DNA of 64,000 bases, taken from assembly GCA_013265495.1 (NCBI GenBank), contig MU058844.1, forward strand, positions 9,568,184-9,632,183, written 5' to 3'. The position numbers and the translations under genes were made by a program. Below the pieces are notes generated by a model, which was not told where the DNA came from, made no database searches, and saw only the letters and a list, made by a program, of their open reading frames with translations. Below, one piece after another: positions 51,445 through 64,000 of this stretch. The stretch is from Vicugna vicugna (taxonomy: Eukaryota). How positions within the stretch are numbered: position 1 is the first letter of the stretch; every line of letters starts with the position of its first letter.

Positions 51445-52435
51445 ATGAAGGAATAGATCTTCGTCAGTTTCTTTATAGCTTAAGAGTCTCTCCAAACTCA
51501 GCCCCCACCCACATCTGTGAGCCTGTATGGGTTGTGTTTTTTTCTTCCCCATCTACCTAATTCATGCTGTGGTATATTTGTGTGTTTGTTTCTGTTTCTT
51601 GAAATTCATCTCTAAGATTCAGGGTTCTTCTGGCTACTGAATGTGGCCAGCATTCTACATCCTCCTGAAAGCTATATTCTTTGCTACCAGTTCTTTCTCA
51701 AGAGTTCAGGTCTGATTGCCTATTACGTATTTTAGAGACCTTAAATAATTTTTATATATACATACACATTTAAGTGCATATATGTTAAAACATCTGTTTG
51801 GTAGGAAAAAGTCTTAAACCCTTTCTCTTTTACCTTCACTGCTCCTAAATTATTATTTCTGATTATGTAGATTGCTGCATCAGAATGACGTGGGGTGGGG
51901 TGATTTTGCTGTTACTCTCATGAAAATTATTTTTACATCATGGTATATGCATAGATGCCTACACATTTCTACACACTTGTATATACACACATATATAACT
52001 GAAATAACATTTTTAAGAAACAATACTTACTCTTATGACATATATGATCTGATGTTTTGCATTCCATTTCATATTTTGAGTCTACTTAAAATACATTAAC
52101 TTTAAAACATAGCCCTTTTCCTCAATCTTGTCTTCTATTCATTTTGCTCATGTAATCTTAATGCATTATAATTTTTATGACTCAGTGTCTTTTATTGATC
52201 TCACTATTATAATTTCCTACAACAAAGGTACATATAAAATTAAATTTAAAAAATGAAACTTCCTTTGACTATAAAATCTTAAGTGTTAAAAATTTCTTTT
52301 GGATTAAGTTACTATTTTACAATTATCAGTAGTGCATAATTGATCAAAATAACTAATGTTTACACGTTTTGATAATTATTCTTAAACATAAGTAAAATTA
52401 TATTGGAAATATCCTTTAATGAAATGCATACTTTT

Positions 52436-52583
52436 TTGTCATTGTATTATCTAATTATTTTTTATTTTGGTGGGAATGGGGGAAGTAATTAGGTTTATTT
52501 ATTTTTAGAGAAGGTACTGGGGATTGAACCCAGGACCTGCATGCTAAGCATGCACTCTCCCGCTTGAGCTATATCCTCTCCCC
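52436..52583 (-). mobile_element. Camelid tRNA-derived SINE (Vic-1 type) with TSD
   Basis: gtaattaggtttattt...ggtactggggattgaacccaggacc...tgagctatatcctctcccc; TSD AAATGCATACTTTT (52422-52435) and AAATACATACTTTT (52584-52597). Confidence 0.92.
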
Positions 52584-53239
52584 AAATACATACTTTTCTG
52601 GAGGCAGGCTTCCTTGTCAATTCATGTATCCAAGAATGACCATTAGTTGTGGTTAAAGTGAAATATGGTTCAGCTCCATTTTTTCATACAAATAAGCACT
52701 AAGAAATCATATTCACAAGTATGAATGGAAGAAGATAACTAATGACTAATAACTAATGTCATTTAGTTCATTGAATTGTTTGAGTTACATGTGAGAATCA
52801 CGTAGTGATCTACAATAAAACATTGTTTTTAATGACCCATTAGTAAATACCTTGATTAGGTCTTCCATTGAATAAGTGAAAGAAGACGATTAGAAATCAT
52901 CTGTCATCATAAAGCTATGTTCGTCAGTTATGACAGTCATTCACTTTCCTAATACATACACCGATATTTAAATGTGTTCCATTGTTTGGCTCCCTGGTGA
53001 CTTTTACACCTGGGATCAGTGTACCCTAGTAGGATTCAGGGTGGTTGAGAGGGCATCTTTGACTCATAAAATAGAAGAAAGACTATTGTGAAGGGGTAGA
53101 TGGTAAGAGGCTGGCTGAGACGTGTTCTTATAGTCACAGGTTTAAGCAAGTGTGCATATAGCAAGTGAGCATCTGAAAATCTGTTCCTTTGAAATTATCT
53201 TGGAAAGTCTTTGTATACTTTGAGACATATGAGTAACTT

Positions 53240-54530
53240 GGTCTGAAGACTTCTGCCCTAGGTTTTATATATTTAGGAATGAAATTGTTTTGTCATAGCT
53301 ATGTGCACAGTCAACATTATTAATTAAGGAGAAATGATTCTTTAATTTACACTCCCACCAGTAGTGTGTTAGGCTCCTTTTAGTCCACATCTTTACCAGT
53401 ACCTGGAATTGTCAGATTTTTCAGCATTTGCCAATCTGGTATGCATAAAATGAGAGCCAATTGTAGTTTCATTTTGTATTTCCTTGATTACAAATTAAGT
53501 TGAGCAACTTTCTATGTGTTTATTGGCCGTTCATGTTTCCCATTTCCTTTTTAAAATAATTTTCTGAGTTACATAGTTTGCCCAGTTTTTGACTGCCTTT
53601 TTCATTATTTATTTGGGATATATATATATATACTTATATACACGTACATATTATATATATTAGATACAATCCTTTGTTGGTTGATGTAAAACTTTCCTGT
53701 TTGTGGCTTATATTTTCACTTTTTATTATGTTTTTTGATAAATATTCTTAACATTGTAATGTAGAAAAATTTATCACTTTTTCTTTTTGTTCCTTGTGCT
53801 GTGTGTCTTATGTAAGAAATCCACCACTACCTGAATTTCATAAAGATATTCTTCTATATTTTCTTCTAAAAGTTTTGCTTTTCCCATTTACATTCTACCT
53901 AGAAGGCTTCCTCCCTTCCTTCCTTGCCTCCCCACTACCTTCATTCTTCTCTCTGTTTATTTCTTTCTTAGGATAATAAAATGTCCAGGAACAACTTATT
54001 GAAGAGCCATAATTTGACCGCTGAATTTCAAATACCATCACTGTAATACATTAAGTGTCCATATATGAGTGGGTCTATTTATTTGGGAGCTCTTTATCCT
54101 CTTCCTCTGCCTCACTGCTCTACTGGTTCCTGAATCAATATCAAACTTATCTAATTACCACAACTTTCATAGTAAATAGTACTTATCAGCTGGAGCAAGT
54201 AACCCCACCTTTGGCTGCTTCAGTTGTGTCCCAGTTATTCAAAACAAATGCTAGAGTCATATTCTCCAATGAAATTGTCCTAAATTTAGAGATTAAATTT
54301 GATGAAAATTGACATCATTGAAATATCACATTCTCCTCTTTATGGATATGATATACCTTTATTTTTATTCAGATATTTCTGAATGTCTTTCAGTAAAGTC
54401 TTAAAAGTTTCTCCCAAAAAGTAAGGAATTTTCAGGTGTTGATCTTACAGTTAGCCACCTGCCTGAACTCTGACTAGCTCTTGTAATTTATATAACATCT
54501 AAGATGTATATACAGCTATCATATCTGTGC
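53240..54530 (-). mobile_element. Old L1 (L1M-type) fragment
   Basis: aatttacactcccaccagtagtgt...tttgccaatctg...atttccttgattac...gaaaattgacatc. Confidence 0.8.
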
Positions 54531-57500
54531 AAGTAAAGGACAGGTGGATGACTTCCAAGGTTTTGAAACCAGAAGTCCAACTCCTTTCCTTAGAGTCCTG
54601 TGCCACTCACTCCCACGCTACCCATTTTATAAAGGATCACCTCTTGAATACCAACTATCTAGAGGCATTACCGAGCACAAGCTTTGGTAGTAAATAACGC
54701 CATCTTTACTGCACCATCAAATCAAGATCAACTGATATTGTTGCTTGCCACAAAACCAAACATGAAACAGCAACCTCATATACTATATTTGGACCCTTGG
54801 CTTCCATACAGCACTTTTCTAATTTTCTGAGATTTCTCAGACTGCTCTTTCCCAACCTCCTTCACCAATTTTTCTTCTTTTCCCTGATGCTTAAATATCG
54901 GCAGTCTTCAAGGATCCTTCTTTCCTACAATGCCATTAATCAGTGAGCTCAGTAATTAGAGCTTGAAAAACATTGTCAGAATCAGGATGAAGCTCAAAAG
55001 CAAAAAATGTCTGTTTCTTTCCTCCACATGTGATTGTAAACCTTTTGAAAATCGGTACCACAATTTGTTCATTCTGGAAGCGCTCATAAGATATTTGTTA
55101 ACACTCAAATAGTGTTAATCTGTTAGGAAAAAAGTACTCAGGGCAGCTAATTCTTCCTTTGCACTTATTTTGCATGTGTTCACTGATGATGTGCACAATT
55201 CTAGTAGTACTGACATAGCACTTATGTTGACTTGTTAAATTAATAATAATGAGATGATGGAGATGATGAAGAGGAGGAGGTCAGAACTGGGAAAGGTGGA
55301 AGAAAAAAAGACAAAATGCAGATTCTTTAGATAATTCATAACTAGCTTTACTCTGCCTTCTTTTTAATATAGATAGTCTAACTGTAGGAAAAAAGGAAAC
55401 GATTCTCTCATACACCTTGAGCTTGAATGCTAGTCGAACATTTGAGTAAACTTCTTAATCTAACTTCACATGGTTTCATAATTTGTGAGATAGTGCACAT
55501 GAGGGAATGATTGCAGTGACTGTCCTTAAGTAAAGTTTCACTAAAAACCTGGTATTAAAACAAGGTGGTACATTAAAATCCTTCTGGTGGTAACCATATA
55601 GATAGATGTCAGGAGCTGAGGGGCTCCAGTTGACCACTCATTACTTAAACTGATCATACACCAATATAGACTTACTCAGTCACACTTTGGCTTTCAGGTA
55701 ATTTTTCTTTTTTTTTAAATTTCCCTATCGACTTCTTAAAGGAACAGAACAATTCTTTAGTGCTACCTGGGATACAAAATCAGAAGATAGATTAAAGAAA
55801 TAAGTTTTCTTTGACAGCACCTGCAGTTTCTCACCAGACTGATGCATCCTGAGCTTTAGATTTTAGACACACTTCACTGAATCAATCTGAACAGCTTGAA
55901 AAGAAAGAGCATCTTCTAAAGACAAACAAGAAAACTACGTTTACATTTCTTCTCTACTCTACATAGCAATTGTGGAATCAATTTAATATTCCAAGTGATG
56001 TACTAGTCAACAAAATGTTTGCCAGAAATTTAAACCTCCATGTTACTCTGGTTTCCCCAAGAACATTTCCCCCTAGTAAACACTGCAAAATGCCTAATGA
56101 GGGCCCTAAGTAACTAATACCTGAAATTGGCTTCACATATTATTTGTCACCTGACTCATCATGGTAGAATTTTTTCTCACCCTACAAAAACCTAAGCGCC
56201 TCAAGGCAGCCCTATGTTGTTTGATTCTTTTATGTCTCCACGGAAGTCCTCTGCAGACTGATGACTCAATAAAGACCTGACAGCTGGTTGTATTTTAAGT
56301 CCATATATTGCAAACAGAGGCAGAAAGAGGGTGAATACTAACTGAACTAGGGTAACCTTCTCAAAAAGGCACATTTGGGAAATATATTTGTGAAGGGGCA
56401 CTCAGAGGTACCTCCTTCTGAAAGGGCAAAAGGAAAACCCCAAAGGCAGTTGCATATCAGAAATGGCATCCATTAATCTCTTTGCCAAGCGGCATAAAGT
56501 AAAGAGGCCTTTGAAAGGAGTTGCCCTTAAGAATGGAGTCATGGTTTAATGTGTTTGGTTTGGAGCACCTTGCCTTCAGAAGCCAGCACCTGCAGCAGAC
56601 TGACAGAGCCACTGCTTCTGGGAGCAGAGTGGGGAATGATACTGGTGACATTTATGGTCCAACATTTCGAGAATTAATTTACAATGGAAATGGTTCTTAG
56701 TGCAGTGAATACATCATTGCAGTGAAAGATTGACTCCCAGTTTATCAGCTATAAACTATGCAGCCTTCTTAAGTCCTTTAGAAGGCAAGCATTACAGACA
56801 TTACTCACAGCTATTTGGGGTTCATAATTCACAGAGAGAATATTTGAAATATGAAGGTATATACCACTATAGTCAAATCAAGAGCAAAGACCTAGAAATG
56901 GATCAGGAGGGGGAGAACAGTGAAGAAATGTGTTCCAGGTGCCTCTGTGTCCCTTCCCGCCTCTGGTCAGATTTTCTATGGAAGCCACACGATTTTGTCC
57001 CTGGTAATCCCCTATATTTCGCTTGAGCAAGCTCTCACGAAAACATTTTCTTCATTCAGCTTCTCTTTTCTTCATCACTGATTTATAGCCAAACCATCAT
57101 TTTCATTAGAAAATTTTCTATAAACCTGTTAGAGAAAATAACACAAAGTGTGCATCTTCATGTTATTTTGGGGACTTTATGAAGTATTTACAAGTCCTTC
57201 ATTTCCAGTCTTCAGTAATAACTAATTTTTTTCGTAAGGCTTCTGGAATATCCTCCAAAAGACTTTGAGCACCTGTCTTTCTCAGGGGGAGATGGCTCTA
57301 TCTACTGCAAATAAAAAAATACTAGGGATATACTGGTAATTAACCTACATCTGAATGCTGATTAAATTATTGGCAATATGAATGAGACTTGTTTTATAAC
57401 TGTCAAAATTAATACAAATTATGCAAAAGGTATTAACATAAGCTATTGTATACTGCAGTAAGCTAAAACTAATAATTGCATTTAAAAGCTAAAAGCTAGT

Positions 57501-59369
57501 CAGTGAGAAGTAAAAGGACTGAAATTGAAATTATTATCACCAATTCTTGGCCCTGAAATAGACTTGGGATGAGCTCTTGGATTGAAATCAGTATTTTTCT
57601 GTGTCTTTAAATTAGCATGATCTTTCTCAAAGATGTCTTGAGTATAAATAATATATGGTGGGGACAATTTTATAGGGCGTCTGAATGATCATTGGGGCAG
57701 TACGGAAAGACATACACTCCAATTAGCCTTCACAAAGCCTTTTGTCAGAGTTCAGTATGAGCTTCATGGGTTTGAGCAGTTGGGTAAGTATCCCAGTGCC
57801 TGCCCTCATGTGCACCTTCCATCTCTCCCAACCCGTTCTTCCTTCTTATGGTCAAATCTAATGGGAGTAGTTGTATCCGCGTGCCAACAGCACAGGAAAT
57901 ATTAGGGGTGCTTTTAAAAGTTGACTAACTCTGTAAAACAAATTACAGATTGGATAATGTTGATATGAGACTAGTTCATATAAGTTGTTGTGCACTGTTT
58001 TGCTTTTTGTTTTTAATTAAAAGTGTCCATTTAGAAAACTTGGAAAAAGCTAAAAAGGAAAAAATAATGAAGCAATTAAATTTATAGCTCCCTCATCAAA
58101 AAACATTGTCACTCTTTGTACAGTAATACAAAGAAACCTGTACTGCAAGTACTCAGTGGAAGAGTTTGCGCCATTCTATAAAATGTCATTGTGTTGACTG
58201 AACATTTACTGGGAGCTAATATATAAAGTAATTGAAAAAATACCCCCCATAAAAATAGAAGTCTTTTATATAACTTACCAGCAAGTGACATGGCTCAGTG
58301 AGTAAAGCTAGAATGGACATACCAGAGATACTCAACCCTTTGTCAGTGTTCCCAAGCACCACAGTAAATATAACACATGAAACTTGATAGCCATGATTTT
58401 AAGAGTTAACCTCCGGAGAGGATTAGACTGATAATTAGAATCCTATGTATTTTAGTTTTGGTGAGCTATAAGTCTTGCCACTCAACTTTTATTATACATT
58501 GATTTAAAAGGGGATGATTTTGTCTACCACAATCAAGTAAGAATTAAAAATGATCTCATATATGGTGAAATAACCATATTAGCCTACATATATTGAAGAA
58601 CATTGTGATTATAATATGACTGTAGATCACTTATGCCAATTCTTAGTGTATGATTTCAATATATAACTCAGGTGTTTTTTCTCTAAGGATTAGTAGAAAA
58701 CAGTGTTTGTAGCACTTTTGTATTATATGCTCATATATATTTGTTCATATTTCAGAATTTTATATTGTGAAAACATTTTAAAGTTATAGCTTTAGTCATT
58801 CATGCAAAGGATGAAGACCTTAGTTTAGAAGGGAAATGAAATGGAAAAGATTAATAAGACTCTGAAGTTGAAAGTAGATTTTATTAGAACTTGCAAATTA
58901 ACCAAAATAAAAGGAATAATAATTTTAGGTAATTTATTTAAATAGCTTTAATATCACAGCATTATGTAACTTCCGATGTAAACATCAATGTTAAAAATCC
59001 TGCAGTTTGTCAGACTGAGCTTAAAATAATTCATTCTGGAATTTTGATTAAACTTGATTAATCAAATTTGATTACTATTTATTGCTAGGCAGAAACAAAC
59101 AAACAAAAACTTAGTATGCTTATGTTTTCTCTAGTTCCACCTAAACATAACTTCTGGCTATAGTATTTATTCTATCAATATTCCTGTAATGGCTGAAATT
59201 AAACCAGACTACCTCTTGGGTCAACAACTTGTCACATCCCTAGGTTAAGAAAAATTTAGTATGTTAGAAAATCATTCTTATAATCTCCTCCCCAGCATTT
59301 TGTCTGAATTCTGCTGACCATTAATAGGCAAAATAAGTTTCTCTGTGTATGGTGTGTGTTTGTGTCCTA

Positions 59370-59570
59370 GGACTTCATTTCAGAGCTTCATACACATGTA
59401 TATAGCTAACCCTAAACATAGCTTGTGGAGATGGGTATTAAGAACTTTGTTGTGACTGAGGAAAAGAGAGCATAGAGAGGGAAAGTAGTTTGATCCGCTT
59501 ATTAACTGGGAACTTGTGACTTGACCAAGGTCGCCCTTACTTCACAGGTCACTCCCTTAACTACCACACA
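59370..59570 (-). mobile_element. MIR SINE (degraded)
   Basis: actgaggaaaagagagcatagagagggaaagtagtttg. Confidence 0.5.
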
Positions 59571-62500
59571 CCTAGTTTTCTACATTCTCTCTGTTGAATT
59601 AGAAAACGACAAAAGCCCCCATGTGATAGTATTAAAGAACTCATAAGCTGCTGAGTCACGTCTTGAATTCATTTGGTTATACTAACATGACTTTTGTGGT
59701 CATCAAGGATCCCAGGGGCTTTATACCAGTACAGAACATTTAACCTTTCTGTCCTGGCCAGAAGTCTAATTTGAGCAGTTTTACTTTGATGCTCTATTTT
59801 TGATTGGTTAAGCCATTCATCCTGTTTGACATTGTTGTGTGGTGTTGCTATGCTCACTTTAACCAGCTGTCACATTCCAGCCCAGAGGTGGGTGAAATGA
59901 TTCGATTCGTGTTTATATGCAGTTCTGAAAGGGCCTTTAGATGCTTTGAGTTGGCAGTATGTCAGTATAAAAGACATTTATCCTTCCAGCACAGCTAGCC
60001 TGAAAGACTTTAAAAATAGTTCCTTCTGCCATTCAAATATTGGCAATCTGTTCTTATGCAATTATTTCTAGCTCTGTTATTAAGCCTGTGATTGTAAAGA
60101 GATGTCTTTGTAGCGGATACTCATTTCTTCATGTTGAATTGATTCTAAATTTGTATGAGACTATTCATATCATATATCCTGTCTTTCTGAAAGAGATTAT
60201 AACACTTAAAACAGGATAGATGTTATGATCTACAATTAGATGTGGGAAGAAGTTTGAATCCCTCCAGTGGAGGTTCTACACAAGTATACAGATTGATATG
60301 AGAATACAGACGTTTATTTAATGAGCATTTATTTTGTACCCTTTGCATGCCTGAAGCAAGACCAGATGCTGGGGATACAAAGAACAGTCCTGCACTGAGG
60401 GAACTCATAACCTAGTAGGAAAAACAAAACCCACGTGCTTTTAGTATTGTTTAGCCACAAACACACGTTCCTTCCAAAAAAATATTGACAGCTTAGATCA
60501 GTGGAGATTTGGGTTTAGTTATCCAGGAAATCATCTCAATTCTTTTTATCACTTTTCCTGTGGAGAAAGCCGATCTTCCCAGGTGGTACTGTCCCTATTC
60601 ACAAAATGTGAAGCCAGTCAAGTGATTCAAGAGTAACTTCAAAATCAGTAATTTTTCAAGAAGGAAAAAAAGGCCAACCCCAGAACAGTCCATCTCTTTA
60701 TCATCCTTCACACAAGACACCCAGTTAACCAGTTGTTTTACTTGGACTTTCACTTGTCAACAAGCCAGGCTAGCATTTGGACAGAGTGAATTTGAGTAAA
60801 AGGCATTATCTTCAATAATAAATTAATATTTTTATTTTCAAGTTATATTTACTTTGTAGATAATTTTTCAAAGAACAAAGGTATATTTCTATTACTGTCA
60901 TTACTTGATTGTGAAAGTATGATTTTTCAAATACATTATTATATGTAATACAGTTATTTAGGAAGATAAAATTTCCTTTTACTGAACTGAATATGGTATT
61001 ACAGTGCTTCACTTTTATATCACATTTTTACTGTGCACAGAAGGAAAGTGTTACCATTTAATTGTCTGTGAAATATTTTCAAGGAGTCAGCTTTGATGTG
61101 AAAAAAATAATAGTTACTTAGAGAACTGTAATGCTGTAAGCTTGAGACACCCAACCCAATGAAAATCTGTTGAATAAAAATAGGGTAACCGCAACAAAAA
61201 GTATTTAAAATGCATCTCTGATAATATGAAGATTTCACTTTTCTTCATTATTACCAGTTCTCACTTATTTTGACTCTAACCTATCTCCTAGAGTGCCATT
61301 CCTATTTTAGTGATTCATCAGCATTGATAACGTGATTAACCATTCCTTAATTAAAAAAAAAAACCCAAGGAATAGCAATCGGTCCAGGCTCAAGCTGAGT
61401 TAACTCAATGTCATTTATCTGGGCAAAAAGTAAAAAAGGCAGTCAATGAGTTAAAAGTTTTAAATGTTTGATGGCGGTGTATCAAGTAACCTCAACATCT
61501 GGGTGACTGGGTTTTAGTCTTTATATCCAGATGTCTGGCATCATGCAGACACAACCTCAGTGGTTCAGTCCGTCAACAGCTTTCATTGAGAACCCCCCTT
61601 GTGCTGGACAGCTCAGCAAGGGCTAAAGGGAAACGTCACCTCGTCTGCGGGCTATTATGATATCCTCCTAATTAGTTTTCTTAACTTCACCTTCTCTCCA
61701 TTCCCGACAACCAGAGTACTGAAACACCATTGTCAAGGTCTTACTTCCTTGCTCCAGAGGCTTTCCTGGCCTCAGGGTTTCACTGAACTCTCTTGTTGCT
61801 GCATGAGTCTACAATAAGAGAGCTTACAAAAACTCCACCTATAAAGTGATCGTGTTATTTACTTTCTGTGTGTAAGGCCTTCCTCAGGTGCAGCCTGGAG
61901 TGGGTAATACTCAACTCCTTGATCTGTTTTCATGCTTAGCTATGTTTCATGCCTATCAGACTTTGAAAACTGTTCTGGAAACATAGTAGTCGCCCTATGA
62001 ATAGAGATACTGGTTTTATCTACTCAGGATCACCATTAATGATACCTGTAAAACTCAGTTTCTAGTATAAAATAAGTGCTTAATAAATGTCCCTTTTTAA
62101 ACATCATTCAGGGTCAACATTTTCTTTACCGTAAAATCCCATTCATTATAAGATGTTCAATTTGAAACGTTTTGAGGAAAGATAGGCGTGGACTATAAAA
62201 CTCAGACTGATTTCCTGGATTACAGTGTGGAAAATCATGCTTCTTGAGGAAATACGCTGTTGTTTCTATCGCTATTACTATTATTTTTGCAATTCCTTCT
62301 TGTGTTACATTCTAGACAAACTCAGTCAGTTGCTTTGAGGGAAAAGAAGGAATCAAGAATGATTCTAAAACTGTTGGCGTGCTTACTTGTGCCTGTGGTG
62401 CCACAACATGAAATAGGATATGCAGGAGAAAAAGATGAGTTTAATTTCACCCATGTTAAGATTGCCGTCAAGGGGGCAAACTCAGCTGGTCACTGAAAAT

Positions 62501-62749
62501 ATGCATGGCCTTCTGAGTAAAACTCAGCAGAATACTATTTGAAGAATGTTTTAATGTGGTTCTTTCAGTTACACATCCACTCAGGCTGGCTCATATATAG
62601 GATTCATGAAGAGTAGTGAGGAAATCCTGCGGGCCTATGGGCACCCGAGCAGGAGGATATATTTGGCATCAAGATAATTCCGAAGATCCCTGCTTTAAGC
62701 ACTTATGAGTCTTCATCCTAAGTCTCAATTACTGTACTTTCTTTTATCA

Positions 62750-62960
62750 TCATATTTTGAGTATTTGTTATGTGTTAGGCCCTAAGCTAAGTATTTCATT
62801 TGCTTTATGTCATGTGATTATCACAGAAAGTCTTGTGATGTATTCTATTATTATCCACATTTATAAGTGAGAAAATAACTTTTGAGAATCTGAGTAACTT
62901 ACCCAAGTGCCTGCAGCTAATTAGTGATGAGTTAGTGGGACTCAGTTTCACTCCTGTCCA
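62750..62960 (-). mobile_element. MIR SINE
   Basis: ttgagtatttgttatgtgttaggccctaagctaag...gagtaacttacccaag...cagctaattagtg. Confidence 0.75.
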
Positions 62961-63659
62961 GGGCCCCATATCTGCTACGAATAGCGGGGCCACAGTGGCC
63001 ACTGTGCTGTCTTCTGTGTCTGAATCTGCCCTGTCTGCGCGTTTGCTGCTTTGGTTTACTTAACTCGTATCCTTCCACAGTTCCAGCCTGTGTGTGGCCT
63101 GTCATCCTCTCTCCTGTCCCGTCAACAGCATGACCTTTTTTCTCTATTTTTAAGTCTGAACTTATGATAGTAAGCATCTGCTTCTTTCCATGCAATATTG
63201 AGATCAGGCTTCGCAGTTCATGAATGTTGGTCAGTCTGTTGATTGGTTGCCCTCACATCACACACCCATCCCTAACTGGTTAACAGTTGCTCAAAAGGCC
63301 AACCAGGCCCATCAGAGGATGCCTGTGGAGCAGCTTCCCTTAGGAGAGCTATGACGGAAGCAATGGGAGAAGCATCTCTGTCCTAGGAGAGAGGTAGGGA
63401 GTGAACCTATGGAAGTAGGCGAGGTCCACAGGAACCTGAAAAGGGAAGATGACACAACAGAAGCCTAACAAATAAATATATAAAGATTAACCAGAATAAA
63501 GAAAGTCAGTACAAGAAATTAACAGAAAGAAAAAAATGAAGAGAACAGTAGAAAAACAGAAAATGGTGTCAAGGAATTCTTTGAAAAAGAGAGTTTGGAA
63601 AATAAGGATACAACAACAGAAGCTTCCGCAGTATCACTTTTCACACAGTCCAGAGGACA

Positions 63660-64000
63660 CAGAGTTGAGCAGGAACCAGTCCCTGCTCTCAGGGTGCAGG
63701 AAGCAAATGTTAGTAATCACGCAAATCAATGCACAGTCGCATTTGTGAGACATGCTATAGAAAAGAGGTATATGGTATTTTTAGATGATAGAATAAGAGG
63801 ACTTGACACTGTGAAAGAGTTCGAGAAAAACTTGCCTTTGAATTGAAGCTGGAGCTGAGATCTCAAAGGAGTGGAAATCAACTGGGAGAAATGGAAGAGG
63901 GAAGAGCATGGCATACAGACAGAATGTGTAAAGGTCCACTGGCAAGAGGGGATGTAGTGACTGATAAAAGTCCCTTATGTGGCTGGAGTGGAGAGAGGAG
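63660..64000 (-). mobile_element. L2 fragment
   Basis: gtccctgctctcaggg...gagctgagatctcaaagga...ggctggagtggagag. Confidence 0.6.

Noticed and set aside
1..64000. CRISPR arrays, operons, rRNA, MYF5/MYF6 exons, or a novel multi-gene system
   Set aside because: No regularly spaced repeat-spacer array, no long ORFs, and no bHLH-coding or rRNA sequence were seen. The window is ordinary mammalian intron, UTR and intergenic DNA.

Overview
Mammalian, AT-rich genomic DNA. Three tRNA-derived SINEs of the Vic-1 type, with no Alu, B1, Bov-tA, BovB or PRE-1 elements recognised, point to a camelid. The only protein-coding sequence is the 3' end of LIN7A on the + strand: the last coding exon (8751-8969, end of the PDZ domain plus polyQ tail) has its TAG stop as its final three bases, followed by a 7.4-kb intron and a terminal 3'UTR exon starting at 16343. 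The rest is intronic or intergenic; by human synteny (recalled, not visible here) it runs toward MYF5/MYF6. It is filled with MIR, L2, L1, HAL1, MaLR/ERV LTR and DNA-transposon fossils. I found no prokaryote-type or clearly novel multi-gene system. The best leads are: (1) hidden coding potential at the LIN7A stop/splice junction; (2) a 3'-truncated, tailless L1 with a target-site duplication (TSD); (3) a CpG-retaining LTR with NRF1/RFX/MYB motifs; (4) divergent CTCF motifs; (5) a pure (CG)11 tract; (6) a Gypsy pol fossil; (7) a muscle-type enhancer motif cluster. Repeat family names come from recognising consensus sequences by eye, and boundaries of old repeats are approximate.
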